Below are positions 26,936-39,160 of a stretch of DNA of 64,000 nt, in pieces. The stretch is from Octopus vulgaris (Eukaryota). The notes under the pieces were generated by a model that was not told where the DNA came from, ran no database searches, and saw only the letters and a program-made list of their open reading frames with translations. The DNA lies in NCBI GenBank assembly GCA_951406725.2, contig OX597825.1, forward strand, positions 43,276,001-43,340,000, given 5' to 3'. Numbering within the stretch: position 1 is the first letter of the stretch; each line of letters opens with the position of its first letter. The position numbers and the translations under genes are program-made.

Positions 26936-27505
26936 CACTGTACATACATTTACCAATCGTCTATACGCACACACACATCCATACATACATCTTAAACACG
27001 TATACTGACACACACACGGGCATTAACGCATACGTATTCGCATACACACACATTCAAACACACACACACACACTGACATATAGTCATACTATTGATACAT
27101 TATTCAGGCGCCAGTGTTAATTGTAAACTAATTTTGATAAGTAGTTTTAAATTGCATGGTTGTGTGATCTCTTAGTTTCTCTTTTGTCCGTTTTAAGCGG
27201 CACCTAATCCTCCCCTATTTTCGAACGTTAAGTTTAAATGAACCACGGTTCCAATTCACATTGGATTTCTCTAGATCGATGTAAGAAATATCACTTGTGT
27301 GAAGTGTTTCTTGTTTAGAATGTAAATGATGATAGTGGATCATATGTAATCTTCTATGAGTGCATTGAAAAAATTCTACTGATACAGCTGTCGTAAATAT
27401 GGAATGTCATTTGTTTTTACTTTTTATACCTTCGGACAGCAAGGTCCAGCCACAGAATCGGACCTACGGTATAAATCGGATTTGGTACTTGTATATCCAC
27501 AGTGT

Positions 27506-27812
27506 GGAGGCATATGCCCTAGTGGTAAGGGCAGCGGACTCGCGGTCGAGGGATCGTGGGTTCGAATCTCAGACCGGGCGATGTGTGTTTATGAACGAAA
27601 CACCTAAGCTCCACGCGACTCCGGGAGAAGGTAATAGCATACTTCTTCTGATTCTTTCGCCACAACTTTCTCTCACTCTTTCCTTCTGCATCTAGCAGCT
27701 CACCTGCGACGGACTGGCTTCCCATCCAGGTGGGGAACTTATACACCAATGAAACCAGGAAACCGGCCCTTATGAGTCAGGCATGGCTCGAGAAGGAACA
27801 AACAAGAACAAT
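27506..27812 (+). mobile_element. tRNA-derived SINE (third family), apparently full length
   Basis: Head ggaggcatatgccctagtggtaagg (A box)...gggttcgaatctc (B box), then a body and an (aac)-rich tail aacaaacaagaacaa. Confidence 0.8.
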
Positions 27813-28338
27813 AACATATCTACAGTATCGTGCCAGCATTTGATGTCTTCAATGTTGTTTACCTTACAGCAATCTCTATATTGTCATACCTAACCATTTC
27901 TTGCGTCCTAACTAAATAATATATAAACGTGTGTGTGTGTTCGATTTTGTTTTTGGATATCAAAGTATTACTCTTCCTTAAAGGCTCTTATTCACTAAAT
28001 TGTTTCATGATATAATTTCTATAATTTACCGTTTCTCATTATGGCGTTGTTATTTGAGTGTGAGCCTTGATATGTTTCTCATCTTTTTCGTATATTTAAT
28101 ATACGTTTTATATAACCAATAAACTCTCCCTTCTGCTAATATTATAGCCTGTGGAGAAAACAAAATAGAAAATGTTGCAGTTAGATTTAGGTGTATATAT
28201 AAAAGGAAATGCATGATGTACAAAACACACTACACGTATATATGTGTGTGTGTGTATTTATATATATAAATATAGATATATAGATATATGTACATGCATA
28301 TATACACACATGCACACATACACTCACACACACACATG

Positions 28339-28390
<52 letters not shown>

Positions 28391-29029
28391 CATATAGATA
28401 GATAGATAGATACATTCACATACACTCACACATGCACACAGACGTGATTAGCATACGCATAAATGTATTTAATCACGTATGTACGCGCACGCGTTTAAGT
28501 GGGTGTGTATGAGCATGCGTTTGTGTGTGTGTGTGTGCGCGTGTGCGTGCATGCGTCTGTGTGTATATGTGTGTGGGTGTACGTGTGCGTGTGCATGCGT
28601 GTGTGTGTGCGTGCGTGTATATGTTGATGGAGTCCATATATGTATTTACTACTCTGCTGAAACAAGATTGCAATAAGTGGATCTGGTTTATGAACTAAAA
28701 AATTCATAACTTCATAATTTACTTGATATCCTTATTTGCTATTGCTATAGCATATAAAAGCAAATAGATTTGTAGGAAGATGGTGCGCATAAGGAAGAAA
28801 TATCAGATGACAAAGTACGATTAGCTTCGAAAATGAAACACATATATTCACTATTTATTCAAGCAGAAAGTGATGTGTATTCAGATACACAGGGAAAAGT
28901 AAAGCAATCTAATATTTACGACGAAAATATACATTACCGCATACCAGGCAACATACCAACAACGATATGAGCATTATAAGGTAATGCAGACACACTACAA
29001 CAAAACTAGAACGAGTTAAACAATAAATT

Positions 29030-29830
29030 TGGATGCGAAGTTCTGTTGATAGAGTGCTCTAATTTCTAATTTTCCCCATGTGGCATAGTCCAGGGAATTC
29101 AAGTGTGGGCTGCAAGAAGACCAGAAGTTGGCAGGCCAAATGTCGGCAAAGCTGTCTTCGCAGGATTATTGCATTTACATTGCGGTACGAGGAGAAGCAC
29201 CATCTTGGGTCCACACATAATTACCATTGGGATAGTTAAACTTCAGCCAAGGCAAAACCTTATGCCGCAGGACTCTATAATTAACTTCAGCCCCCACCTT
29301 TTCCCCAGACTTGGAAAAATGGAGAGGCATCAGTTTTCCGTTAAGCACCACGATCCAAGTACTACTACCTGAGCTGAAGCTAGGGTCCTTGGTCCTAAAG
29401 ACGCCCTTTACTTCCGAAGTGAGTTAGCAAAGTATCGATCATTGCGACGGTTTAAAACAGCATCAATGGTAAAGACTTTTCATCCGAAAAGATTTTGACG
29501 GTGTCTCCATTGTGCTTCAGGTATCGCAACACTTTTTGACCCGTTCATGCCTTCTGGATTTCACTGCATGGGTCAATAGGTATCTAGGGGGGCGTCATCA
29601 CATATGACCCCAATTGTAAATCAGTGTGTACTGCATTTCTGATGGCTTTTGGGTCAACTTTCATGTCTATGGATGGCTTTCTCATGGATGTTGTTGGGTC
29701 TTTCGAAATTTTGGCTTTGAGAGATTTAAGAAATGCATTATCACGTTTTTTATTTATGCCTCCATTTCCTTCCTTTCTCTTGATGCTTCCCATATCCAGC
29801 ATTCGGTTTTTAACGCTTTAGACAGTGCTC
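29030..29830 (-). mobile_element. Decayed Tc1/mariner transposase, maT/DD37D-like
   Basis: Minus-strand SIKRKEGNGG..KISKDPTTSMRK (HTH), IFSDEK..TIDAVLNRRNDRY, and WPANFW..SPHLNSLDYATWG. Confidence 0.75.
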
Positions 29831-30269
29831 ACAGAGGCCCTAAGCGTCTCAGCAATACGTCTAATTGCAACTCCTCCACGAAGCAAATCTGCAATAAAAT
29901 CTTCGAATAGGCGGTCAGTAGCGACACCTGCTGGTTCTGACTACGCGGCATTGATAAAGGGCAACAACCCTGAAACATGTCTGCAGATGTCTGACTAGCA
30001 AGGTGAAGCGGCTGACCTCCCTGTTCGAAGGTTGTAATGGACGCAGGTTCGTGTGTCATATAGCTAGCTAGAGGCGATGGCCTCTTGGAGCTAATCAGCG
30101 ACAGTTTTAGTCTTATATTTATAGACTGCCATATTAGTAAGGCGATAACTATTAATATCCAGTAATGCTGCCGTAATCTCCTTTAGAGAGACTTAATAAT
30201 TTTAATATTTCTAATATATATATATATATATGCATATATATATGTATATATATATATGTATGTTTGTGT

Positions 30270-30465
30270 GTCTGTGTTTGTACCCCCACCATCACTTGAC
30301 AACTGATGTTGGTGTGTTTACATCCCTGTAACATAGCCGTTTGAGAAAACTAACTGATAGAAGTACTAGGCTTACAAAGACTAAATCCTGCGGTCGATTT
30401 CGTCGACGAAAGGTGGTGCTACAGCATGGCCTCAGTAACATGACGGAAACAATGAAACAATAAAA
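30270..30465 (+). mobile_element. SINE 3' half (family of 58937-59345)
   Basis: tgtttgtacccccaccatcacttgacaactgatgttggtgtgtttac...aagtactaggcttacaaag...agcatggcctcagt. Confidence 0.75.
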
Positions 30466-30595
30466 AACTATGCCCTTTTAATCCCGGGCAACGCCAGGTA
30501 TCTCTGCTAGCACACACACACATACATATATATGGCAAATGAAAGACGGAAGATGGCATATACCAGGTGTAACCCATATATATGTGTATATATAA

Positions 30596-30637
<42 letters not shown>

Positions 30638-30864
30638 ATATATAATTAATGTAGGATAAAATTTATTTTGGGGAAAAAATTTATCAATGGCCAGCATATC
30701 AAAAAATACCTTTAAAGGTTAAATTTATAAATAAATTACAAAATAAGGGCAAAAGAAAAATTCTAATGCCAAATATGCCGAAAAAAAGACAATGATTGTC
30801 AATAAACCATTATAATTTATGCGTTTCGAAATAAAACCGATAGAAATCTCTAAAAAATTCGTTA

Positions 30865-30925
30865 TTACCGTATTGGTCCAATTTCGGGGTTAATTCGTTA
30901 GAAATTTTCCCCTCTTCAACGGCAA
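30865..30925 (-). ncRNA. Second hammerhead copy with C3U core substitution
   Basis: Same as 31335-31395 except that the core reads TTGAAGA and one loop base differs. Confidence 0.75.
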
Positions 30926-31334
30926 ATACGCGAGATATAAGTGAAATACTTACTCATACCCATGGAAAAAGCAAGCACTAAGTCCCGAGCAGAACTAAGT
31001 ACCCCAAATATATCCAAAATAGAAAAATATTCCGCACATCTCGAGACACGTGTGATTCGAACTAGAAACTTTCACAGAGTGAGAGAGTCCGGAGGTGAAC
31101 ACTATTAAATTTATAATTAATGTAGGATAAAACTTTTTTCGGGAAAAAAATTTATCAATGGCCAGCATATCAAAAAATACCTTTAAAGGTTAAATTTATA
31201 AAAATTTACAAAATAAGGGCAAAAGAAAAATTCTAATGCCAAATATGCCGAAAAAAAGACAAAAATTGTCAATACACCATTATAATTTATGCGTTTCGAA
31301 ATAAAACCGATAGAAATCTCTAAAAAATTCGTTA

Positions 31335-31395
31335 TTACCGTATTGGTCCAATTTCGGGGTTAATTCGTAAGAAATTTTCCCCTCTTCAGCGGCAA
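31335..31395 (-). ncRNA. Type I hammerhead ribozyme, canonical core
   Basis: Minus strand: ttgccg-CTGAAGA-gggg-(19 nt)-cccc-GAAA-ttgg-a-ccaa-TA-cggtaa. Stem I ttgccg/cggtaa, stem II gggg/cccc, palindromic stem III with 1-nt loop, AUA triplet. Confidence 0.85.
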
Positions 31396-31466
31396 ATACG
31401 CGAGATATAAGTGAAATACTTACACATACCCATATATATATATATATTGTCGATACACACACACAA

Positions 31467-31524
<58 letters not shown>

Positions 31525-32159
31525 GTATATATATATACATATATATATGTGTATATATAAATGTATATATGTATATATACATATATACATTTATATATAC
31601 ACACATATATATGTATATATATATACATATATATATATGTATATATATGTATATATATATATATGTGTGTGTGTATCGACAATATTAATAATAAGGATTA
31701 CTACGAAGTTGCATAACACTACATTTAATTTTTTTAATTTATGTACAACTTTACACAGACCCTTACCATTTACAAATATATATATGCGCGCGTGCGTATG
31801 TGTGCGTGCGTGCGTGTGTATGTGTATGTGTATGTGTGTGTGTATGGATTGATGGATGTACCGAATCCTTTAATATTAATCATAATTAAGAATGCTTAGT
31901 AAAATCTTATTTTTCTATTTTGAATGATCTATCAAACGAACTTCAATAAGTTTCACTTTAAATAGATTATTCCAAGTATGCTCAAGATGTTTCGATCACA
32001 TTTATAATGTTTTGAAATGAATATAACATCCTCATATATTGAAAGATTTTATTGCATAACTTGATGGTTCCATACAAAGAATATTTGTCATTAGTCCACT
32101 ATTTTATGGTATGTTCCTCTCACTCTTTCTTTACTTTCTTTTTCTCGCTTTTTCTTTCT

Positions 32160-32190
<31 letters not shown>

Positions 32191-32489
32191 GCTTTCTATG
32201 TTAGTGGATTCACACTGGGAAAATGCTTAATGGACACCTTTGATTATATGAACGGCAATATTTGACAGTTACTTATTTGACTCAATTTTGAAGTGTACCA
32301 ATACCTTCGGGGAAATATGAAATTAGACAGTAAAGTATATGCTAATACTATAAATTATGCAGCTTTCTGAAGCCCACAGTAATCGCTTTATATATTTCAC
32401 ACATAATTTACAAATCTATCCAACAGGAAAAGGACATACAAACGAAGACTGTTTGAAAACAAAAAACAAAAAGAAAAACCTCTGCTGTG

Positions 32490-32570
32490 CGTCACTGTGG
32501 TTTGAATTGTTTGATCACCGTTCCTAATCTCCTGATTTGGCCCCATCTGACAATCAGCTGTTCCCTAACA
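32490..32570 (+). mobile_element. Short mariner transposase remnant
   Basis: CGFELFDHRS*SPDLAPSDNQLFPN corresponds to the YSPDLAPSD motif. Confidence 0.7.
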
Positions 32571-33240
32571 AATATCCGAACGGATATTTAATAGAACGTT
32601 CCGTAACTAACTAAACAAATCAATGGTTTTGCATAAGCATGCGGTTTCAGGCCCAAAGACCAAATTTTCAGATGCTAGTTTTTCTTTTAGACACTAAAAC
32701 AAAGTTGACCTCGGCCGAATTTGAACTCAAAAGGTAAGGACAGACGAAATGCCGGTAATATATTGTGCGTCGTGCTAACGTCTCTGCCAGTTCGCCCCGA
32801 CTATTAAATATTGACTCTACTTATGCATTATAAGTAGCGTATAATATTTCGTGAAAAATCTTTTCTTCCAATTTGGAAGATGAAATGAGAAGAACATAAA
32901 ATTTTTTGTCGGCGCCCTGCTGCGCGCACCACCGGACCATGTGCGTGTGAGAGGCTGGGTAAAGGCATTCATCCATTCTCCAGAAGTGTCATGTTGGTGT
33001 TTCACGTTTCCAATTCTGCACAACGCAGCATGGCCCGGCAGCATGTCGGCTTTCTATGTCACCCATGATTTAACTATATAATGCAAAATGGTCATACAAA
33101 AAACAAAACAACAAAAACAAACTGCTGTTGTGACACACAGCCATTTGAGTTTGATTGTATGACCACTTTCGGATGCTACGCTCGCCACCTGCAGTTAGTC
33201 ATCCCTTGTATTCCCTCTCCCGTTTAGTCGGAGGAGTAAA

Positions 33241-33717
33241 TACAGGGTCTCCAAGATTTAATGATTGAGTGAAATCGGATGCATTCTTTTAAAACTTTTA
33301 CTTATTTTTATCATGTTTAATAAGAGTTGAAAGTGTATAAATTTTGAATTTTGTTTATAGTTCAATTTTCATTCCTGTTGGACCCCTTTTATTTTCAATT
33401 TGGCAGCAATCATATTCTTTATCTCCATCCCCGAGATGGATTAATCGTTTAGCTGAGTTTAAAGAACACATCCAGTTAGCAGTGCAGGATCTAATTCCTG
33501 AAATGTTTCAAAATATGTTTCACAACGCTAAGGAGAGACTTGAAGGATACAGCCATGTTGAACGTTTTCAAGAAAAGTTCGAAGAAAGATTTATAAATCT
33601 ATTTGTTTAGGTAACAACTCTGTCAGTTTTTTTTAAATTTGCTTTTTAATTTAATTTAATTTAATTTTTTTTAATTTGTTTCATCGAAACAAGTAGTTAA
33701 TTCTGGAACACCCTCTA
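33241..33717 (+). mobile_element. Internally deleted Tc1/Tc3-like transposon
   Basis: TA-cagggtctccaagatttaa ... ttaattctggaacaccctc-TA imperfect TIRs; the internal peptide LAEFKEHIQLAVQDLIPEMFQNMFHNAKERL resembles a transposase C-terminus. Confidence 0.6.
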
Positions 33718-33844
33718 TGGTGTTAGTTTTTGCGTTGGTCGAGTAGATATTAAAACCAAAGGTCTTCTTGCGGTAAACATCCATTCTTTTTGTTAAGCAT
33801 ATTGTATTAAGGAGTATACTATTGAAAATGTATCTCTCCTTTAT

Positions 33845-33955
33845 AGGCGTGGCTGTGTAGTGGAGAAGCATGCTATCCAATCATGTCGCTTTGGGTTCAG
33901 TCCCACTATGCGGCCTGTTGAGCAATTACGGCTCCGTGCCGACCAAAGCCTTGTG
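33845..33955 (+). mobile_element. SINE 5' fragment (family of 58937-59345)
   Basis: aggcgtggctgtgtagtggagaag...gggttcagtcccact...ccgaccaaagccttgtg. Confidence 0.7.
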
Positions 33956-34451
33956 TACTGAATAATTGCCATTACTGTATTAATATTCAAAATAACACAT
34001 ACAACTCACTTATTACTGTCATACAATAAACAAACAGAAGTCTTTGTATGAAATGGATCTTTTTTCTACTTCAATTATTACGAGTTTTTTTTTAATAATA
34101 AAATACACACATACATAAAGAGTAAAAGTAATTACCCGATCAACGACGGGTATTACTGCTAGTTTCCTACATAATCAGCTTCCACTATTTACGATTAACT
34201 GTGAATCATCCTATGGACGATGCAAAACGTCTGCCACAATCGACTTCTTAAATAGGCATGAAATAGTTTTTATAGTTGAATAGCATATCCGGAGGCCATA
34301 CAATGAATAGCTAATTAGCAAATTTAAAACCATTTGGTAACATACAACATACACACGTACATACATTTTTGTATATGTGTGTATTGTGTGTGTGTGTGTT
34401 CGCGCGCGTGTAAAGGATATATATATACATATATATATATGTATATATACA

Positions 34452-34499
<48 letters not shown>

Positions 34500-34535
34500 T
34501 GTATGTATGCTTGTGTATATGTGTGTATACATATA

Positions 34536-35055
34536 TAGGGTGCCCCAAAATCCACTGAGGGGTTTCAGTTTTTAATAACTTCCTTAACTTTACGAATAAA
34601 TGCATGAAATTTTGATACAGATGACAGAAGGAAAATTGATATCCACAAGTGAAAGTTTACACTACACTACACCAAAATTCAAAAATGACATCGCTTAAAT
34701 GGCAGCCATTTTCGGCTTCATACGCCTGTGCTCTTTCCAAATCAAGTGTTTCAGACCCCACTTCTCTTATTTCTTTCTTGATGTCCTCCTTCAGTTGCAC
34801 TAGGATCTCCGGTTTTTTTAAGTAAACCCTCTCTTTCAGGTATCCCCACAAAATAATCCGGGCTAATAAAGTCTAGGGAACGTGAAGGCCATTCAAAGTA
34901 GACCTTGCACATGGTTCCAGCAAGATAGGGGAAATGTTCATTACAATGCAGTTGCTCCGAGAGTGCTCTGGAGAGAGAATAATTTCTCGCTACGGCAATG
35001 TCTACTGGACTTCACGTTCCCCAGACTTGACTAGCCCGGGTTTTTTCTTGTGTGA
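34536..35055 (-). mobile_element. Tc1/Tc3-like transposase 3' fragment with TIR and a short inverted duplicate
   Basis: Minus WPSRSLDF..PDY..WGYLKERVYLKKPEILVQLKEDIK..ENGCHLSDVIF; terminal tagggtgccccaaaa. The WxSRSPDL segment recurs on plus at ~35000-35052. Confidence 0.7.
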
Positions 35056-35074
35056 AGGATTATCCTCGTTTTAA

Positions 35075-35881
35075 GGCCTCTGACAGAACAAATTGATATC
35101 AGTCCCAGAACAGCTGTCATGTATCTCCACAAACTTGGTGACAGAGCAGCACCAAGGAAGCCAATTCAAGTGGAGAAAAACGGGGCCGGTGAGATGGTGG
35201 AGAGGTTACAAGCATTTTGAGACACTGTCATAATCCCTGATGAGTCAAGATTTGCTGTATTTCCTGATAGTGGTCGAACGTGGGTCTGGAGACTGTGATC
35301 AAGAATTCCATGTGAAAAAAGTTGAAGCCAACAATGAAACACGGCAGCTATTCTGTGATTATCTTTGGAGCAATTTGGAGCAATCGTTGATGAGAGCTGG
35401 TGGAGTGTGAGGAAAACTTAAACTCAGATAAATATGCGTGAATATTGCAGAAAGCACTCCTTTCAATCTTCTCCAGTCGTAAAATGATTAAAGAATACTC
35501 TTATTTATGGAAGATGGGACTCCTTGTCACACAGCTAAAATGATCCAAGATTTGTTGAATGAGACTGGCATTAAAAAGCCAATCACTAGATATGAACCCT
35601 TTTGAACACCTCTGGGATATAATGGACAGAAACACTTCATAAAACAAAAAGAGAACATCTTCAAAACCAGATCTTTTGAGATTACTGCATGAAACGTGGC
35701 ACGCAATCCGTAACAAAATATTCATCTGATCAGTAACATGGCTAATATGGTCCTTGCATTAAAAAAGTACAAAGGGCATGTCTACTAGATATAAAATACT
35801 CACATAACAATTAATAAAAATATAATTTCGGATTTAAATAAATTTCAATGATCACAAGAGTGTTTATTTATTTCTGCCATG

Positions 35882-35887
<6 letters not shown>
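35075..35887 (+). mobile_element. Decayed Tc1 (DD34E) transposase and right end
   Basis: VIIPDESRFAVFPDSGRTWVWR, TMKHGSYSVIIFGAIW, EDGTPCHTAK, SLDMNPFEHLWDIMDR; ends ...ctgccatgtctg-TA running into (TA)n. Confidence 0.8.
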
Positions 35888-35932
<45 letters not shown>

Positions 35933-35958
35933 TTTATTTAAAGCAGCAGAAACTTCAA

Positions 35959-36008
35959 CAAAATCTGTTACTCTGAGTTTCTCGTTGCCGTTCATCAGAC
36001 AGTTTTTG
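35959..36008 (-). ncRNA. Minimal type I hammerhead (PLE-associated), inverted-repeat copy
   Basis: caaaaactgt-CTGATGA-a-cg-gcaa-cg-a-GAAA-ctc-a-gag-TA-acagattttg: stem I 9/10 bp, GNRA-capped 2-bp stem II, palindromic stem III, GUA triplet. Confidence 0.75.
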
Positions 36009-37024
36009 CTATAATGGAACCGATACATCAATTCAATCCAGACTCTCACAAACGCTACACCTTTAAAAAAAATGCACTTGTTTGATTGACCCTTTAGAAA
36101 TAACGGTCAATCTTCGAGCGATAAACAAAAAATGAGCTCAAAAATATATGTATATATATATAAAAAAATTATAAAAATTATAAAAATTATAAAATTCGAG
36201 GAAAAAACCTTACATTGAATAAAATACATATTGACGTTAATGAAGAAAATATAATTAATGCATGGAAATAAAACGCATTATAAATATTACACTGCAATAC
36301 ATATTCATATTAAAGTGTACATATATATATCAACATACACAGAAGGATGCGTGCAAACGCCAGACATATACAGACGTATAAATATAAATCTAAAATATAC
36401 ACACAAATGCATGCATACATATATGTACGCAATCTATCTCGCACGCAAGTTAAAATCATCGATGCTAATGTAGCGTTTCTTATTTACGGAGTAAAGCTTA
36501 AGTAAGGGGGACGTAAAGTTGTATCAGTATCAGTTAGAGGAAAAAAACGAAAGAAAGGAAGAGAGAGAAAAAGGAACGAAGAAGGGGTAAGGAAAAAAGA
36601 AAAAGGAGGGGTGGGGAAAAAAACGAAATAAGAAAAATTATGTATACAAGCTGTGTAACCGCGTTATTGACATATATGGAGACAAGTATACAAATACACA
36701 AGTTCGAATGGATACATACACATACAGTCGTGTATGTGTGTGCTTAAGCACAAACATACGCTCACTTACACATACACAGAGACGCATGCTTACAAATATA
36801 TATCCAGCGGGTAAAGTTCCATCTTTTTCAGCTGTTTGTTCTTCCTACTTGTGCAGAGTCGCTCAAACTTTTATAAGGAGCGGGTTACACAGGAGTAAAC
36901 ACATAAATGTGAAACAAGGTGGAAAAAAGAGTACTCAAATACCAGTGTTTATTCCGGTGTAACCCGCTCCTTATAAAAGTTTGAGCGACTCAGCACAAGT
37001 AGGAAGAACAAACAGCTGAAAAAG

Positions 37025-39160
37025 ATGGAACTTTACCCGCTGGATTTTTCTCAGAAAAATATACCTATCCCTGCACGGAAGCAATATCTCAAAGGTCTTA
37101 TAGAGAAAACGGAAGAGTTTATTCGAAGATTGAGATGGAAAGCCTTCTTCTTTGATACTAAACAGAAAACAGACGGAAACAAATATGGATTTATATCTCC
37201 CAGAAACCCGCCACCTATTCCGGAATTAGAAGCCTTCGAGAAAGACCTTTTCGAACTTATTAGGAAAATTAAATTCCGCAAATATACCAACCAATTACAG
37301 AGAAATATGAGAGAGAAAATTAAGGAGATTAACAACTCGAATAAGATCTTCGTTAATTCTGATAAGACAAGGAACTTATATGCACTTGATAAGGACGTTT
37401 ATAAGCGCCTGATTTCGAATAGTGTCACAGATACATACAAAAAAAGATAACACGAATATATACAAAGAGGTGAACTTAGAAGCAAGAGGAATAGCTAACG
37501 ATCTTAAGATTAGCGATAGGATTGAATATCTTTCACCACGACCAGCTTTTATTACTCTAAAAGACCATAAAGCCAATTTTAATAGAAACCCCAAATGTAG
37601 ATTGATAAATCCGGCTAAAACTGAGATAGAAATTATTAGCAAAAATATTTTGGACCGTATTTTAGCTAAGTTAGATAGTGAAGTAGACTTGAGAATTTGG
37701 AAGAATAGTAAGTCAGTCATAGAGTGGTTTAAAGGTATTAGCTATAAGAATAATTGTAGTTTCACACAATTCGACATTATTGACTTTTACCCGTCAATAT
37801 CTAGGATGTTGCTCCTAAGGGCATTGGACTTCGCCAAGCAGTATGTCAGCATCGATAGCTCGGAAATTGATATTATTATGCATGCGAGGAAATCGCTTCT
37901 TTTTTCGAGGATTCCACCTGGATTAAGAAGACTGAGGATTCTCTTTTCGATGTACCGATGGGGGCATACGACGTGGCTGAGTTATGTATGCTCATAGGAG
38001 CCTTTATTCTCCATAATCTGAAAATAGAATTCCCATTTAAAGATGCAGGTTTATATAGGGATGACGGCCTTATAGCCACGCATAATCTAAACGGCCATGA
38101 ATCAGATAGACTTAGGAAGGACCTTATTGCTTTCTTTCAAAGAATGGGCTTACGGGTTACAATAGATGCTAACCTGAATAGTGTAGATTTTTTAGACGTA
38201 AATTTTAATGTAAGGTCGGATAGATTTAAACCTTTCCGTAAGCCCAATTAAAAGCTATCGTATATTAGCAAAGATTCGAACCATCCACCAGTTATCCTTA
38301 GGAACTTAGTCAGCAATGTAGGTAGAAGAATATCTTCAATTTCTTCGGACGAGGCAGCATTCCATAATGCTGCACCTTATTACGATAGCGCATTAAAGAA
38401 TAGTGGATTCTCTGAGAAGATCCAATACAGCCAGCTTAATGCTGATAATAATGCTGCACGAAGAACTAGGACCAGGAAAGTTTTGTGGTTCAACCAGGCT
38501 TTCAATTTGGCCGTAAAGACTAATATAGGTAAGGAATTTTTGAGATTAGTCTCTAAGCATTTTAAGCAGGGCCATAAATTCTATAGGATATTTAATAGAA
38601 GAACCCTGAAGGTTAGCTATTCTTGTTGCAGAAATTTCGCCTCTTACATTAGCCAGCATAATAGGAATCTGATTGAGATTAGACATGGTGCCGAGCCCAT
38701 TAAGAAATGCAATTTCAAAAACGAAAACTCCTGTCCGTTAGAAGGGAAATATATAGTGAAAGGAGTAGTTTATAGAGCCAAGGTGCAAATAGAAGGCTCA
38801 TCGGAATACAAGACATATACAGGGGCTTCAGAAAATTCATTTAAAACACGATTTTATTCACATAAAAATTCATTTAGATACCCAGAGAATAGGAAGAGGA
38901 CCAGCCTAGCAAAATATGTCTGGGAACTAAAAGAAAAGGAAACCCCACCTTTCAACGTGACATGGAGCATTCTAGACAGAGCGGCACCATACAGGCATGG
39001 GGCACACAGAAATAATTTTAAATGCAAGCTTTGCCTATTAGAGAAACTGTATATTTTATTCAAAGACAATAATTCTTTGATTCAAAGAAGTGAGCTAATG
39101 AATTTATGTAGACACGCAACCAAATTTAAAATGTCAAATATAAATATACCATATGGATAG
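37025..39160 (+). pseudogene. PLE reverse transcriptase - GIY-YIG endonuclease ORF (~710 codons) with 3 reading-frame lesions
   Basis: SQKNIPIP..FIRRLRWKAFFF; DKT motif (SDKTRNLY); AFITLKDHK..CRLINPAK; FDIIDFYPSI; MGAYD; LYRDDGL; DFLDV; SNHPP; GVVYRAKV..YTGASE..FKTRFYSH; CKLCLLEK..CRH. Extra A in a run at ~37440, missing T in a run at ~37900, TAA at 38249-38251. Confidence 0.93.

Larger units (their letters stand above)
30641..31433 (-). mobile_element. Non-coding tandem element: ~322-bp direct repeats with ~148-bp spacer, each repeat carrying a hammerhead (retrozyme / PLE pseudo-LTR-like), flanked by (TA)n
   Basis: 30641-30963 and 31112-31433 are near-identical, with a period of about 470 bp. 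No meaningful ORF. Confidence 0.85.

Noticed and set aside
27506-27580. tRNA gene (also ~58351 and ~58937)
   Set aside because: A/B boxes are present but I could not fold a complete cloverleaf, and each continues into a SINE body.
37430-37910. Programmed ribosomal frameshifting in the PLE ORF
   Set aside because: Both shifts are single-base indels in homopolymer runs, better explained by mutation or sequencing error; PLEs of this type have a single ORF.
37025-39160. Selenoprotein-type recoding reported for some Naiad PLEs
   Set aside because: The only internal stop is TAA, not TGA, and it is not at a Cys position. The EN Cys positions I checked are TGC/TGT or mutated to TTC/TAT.
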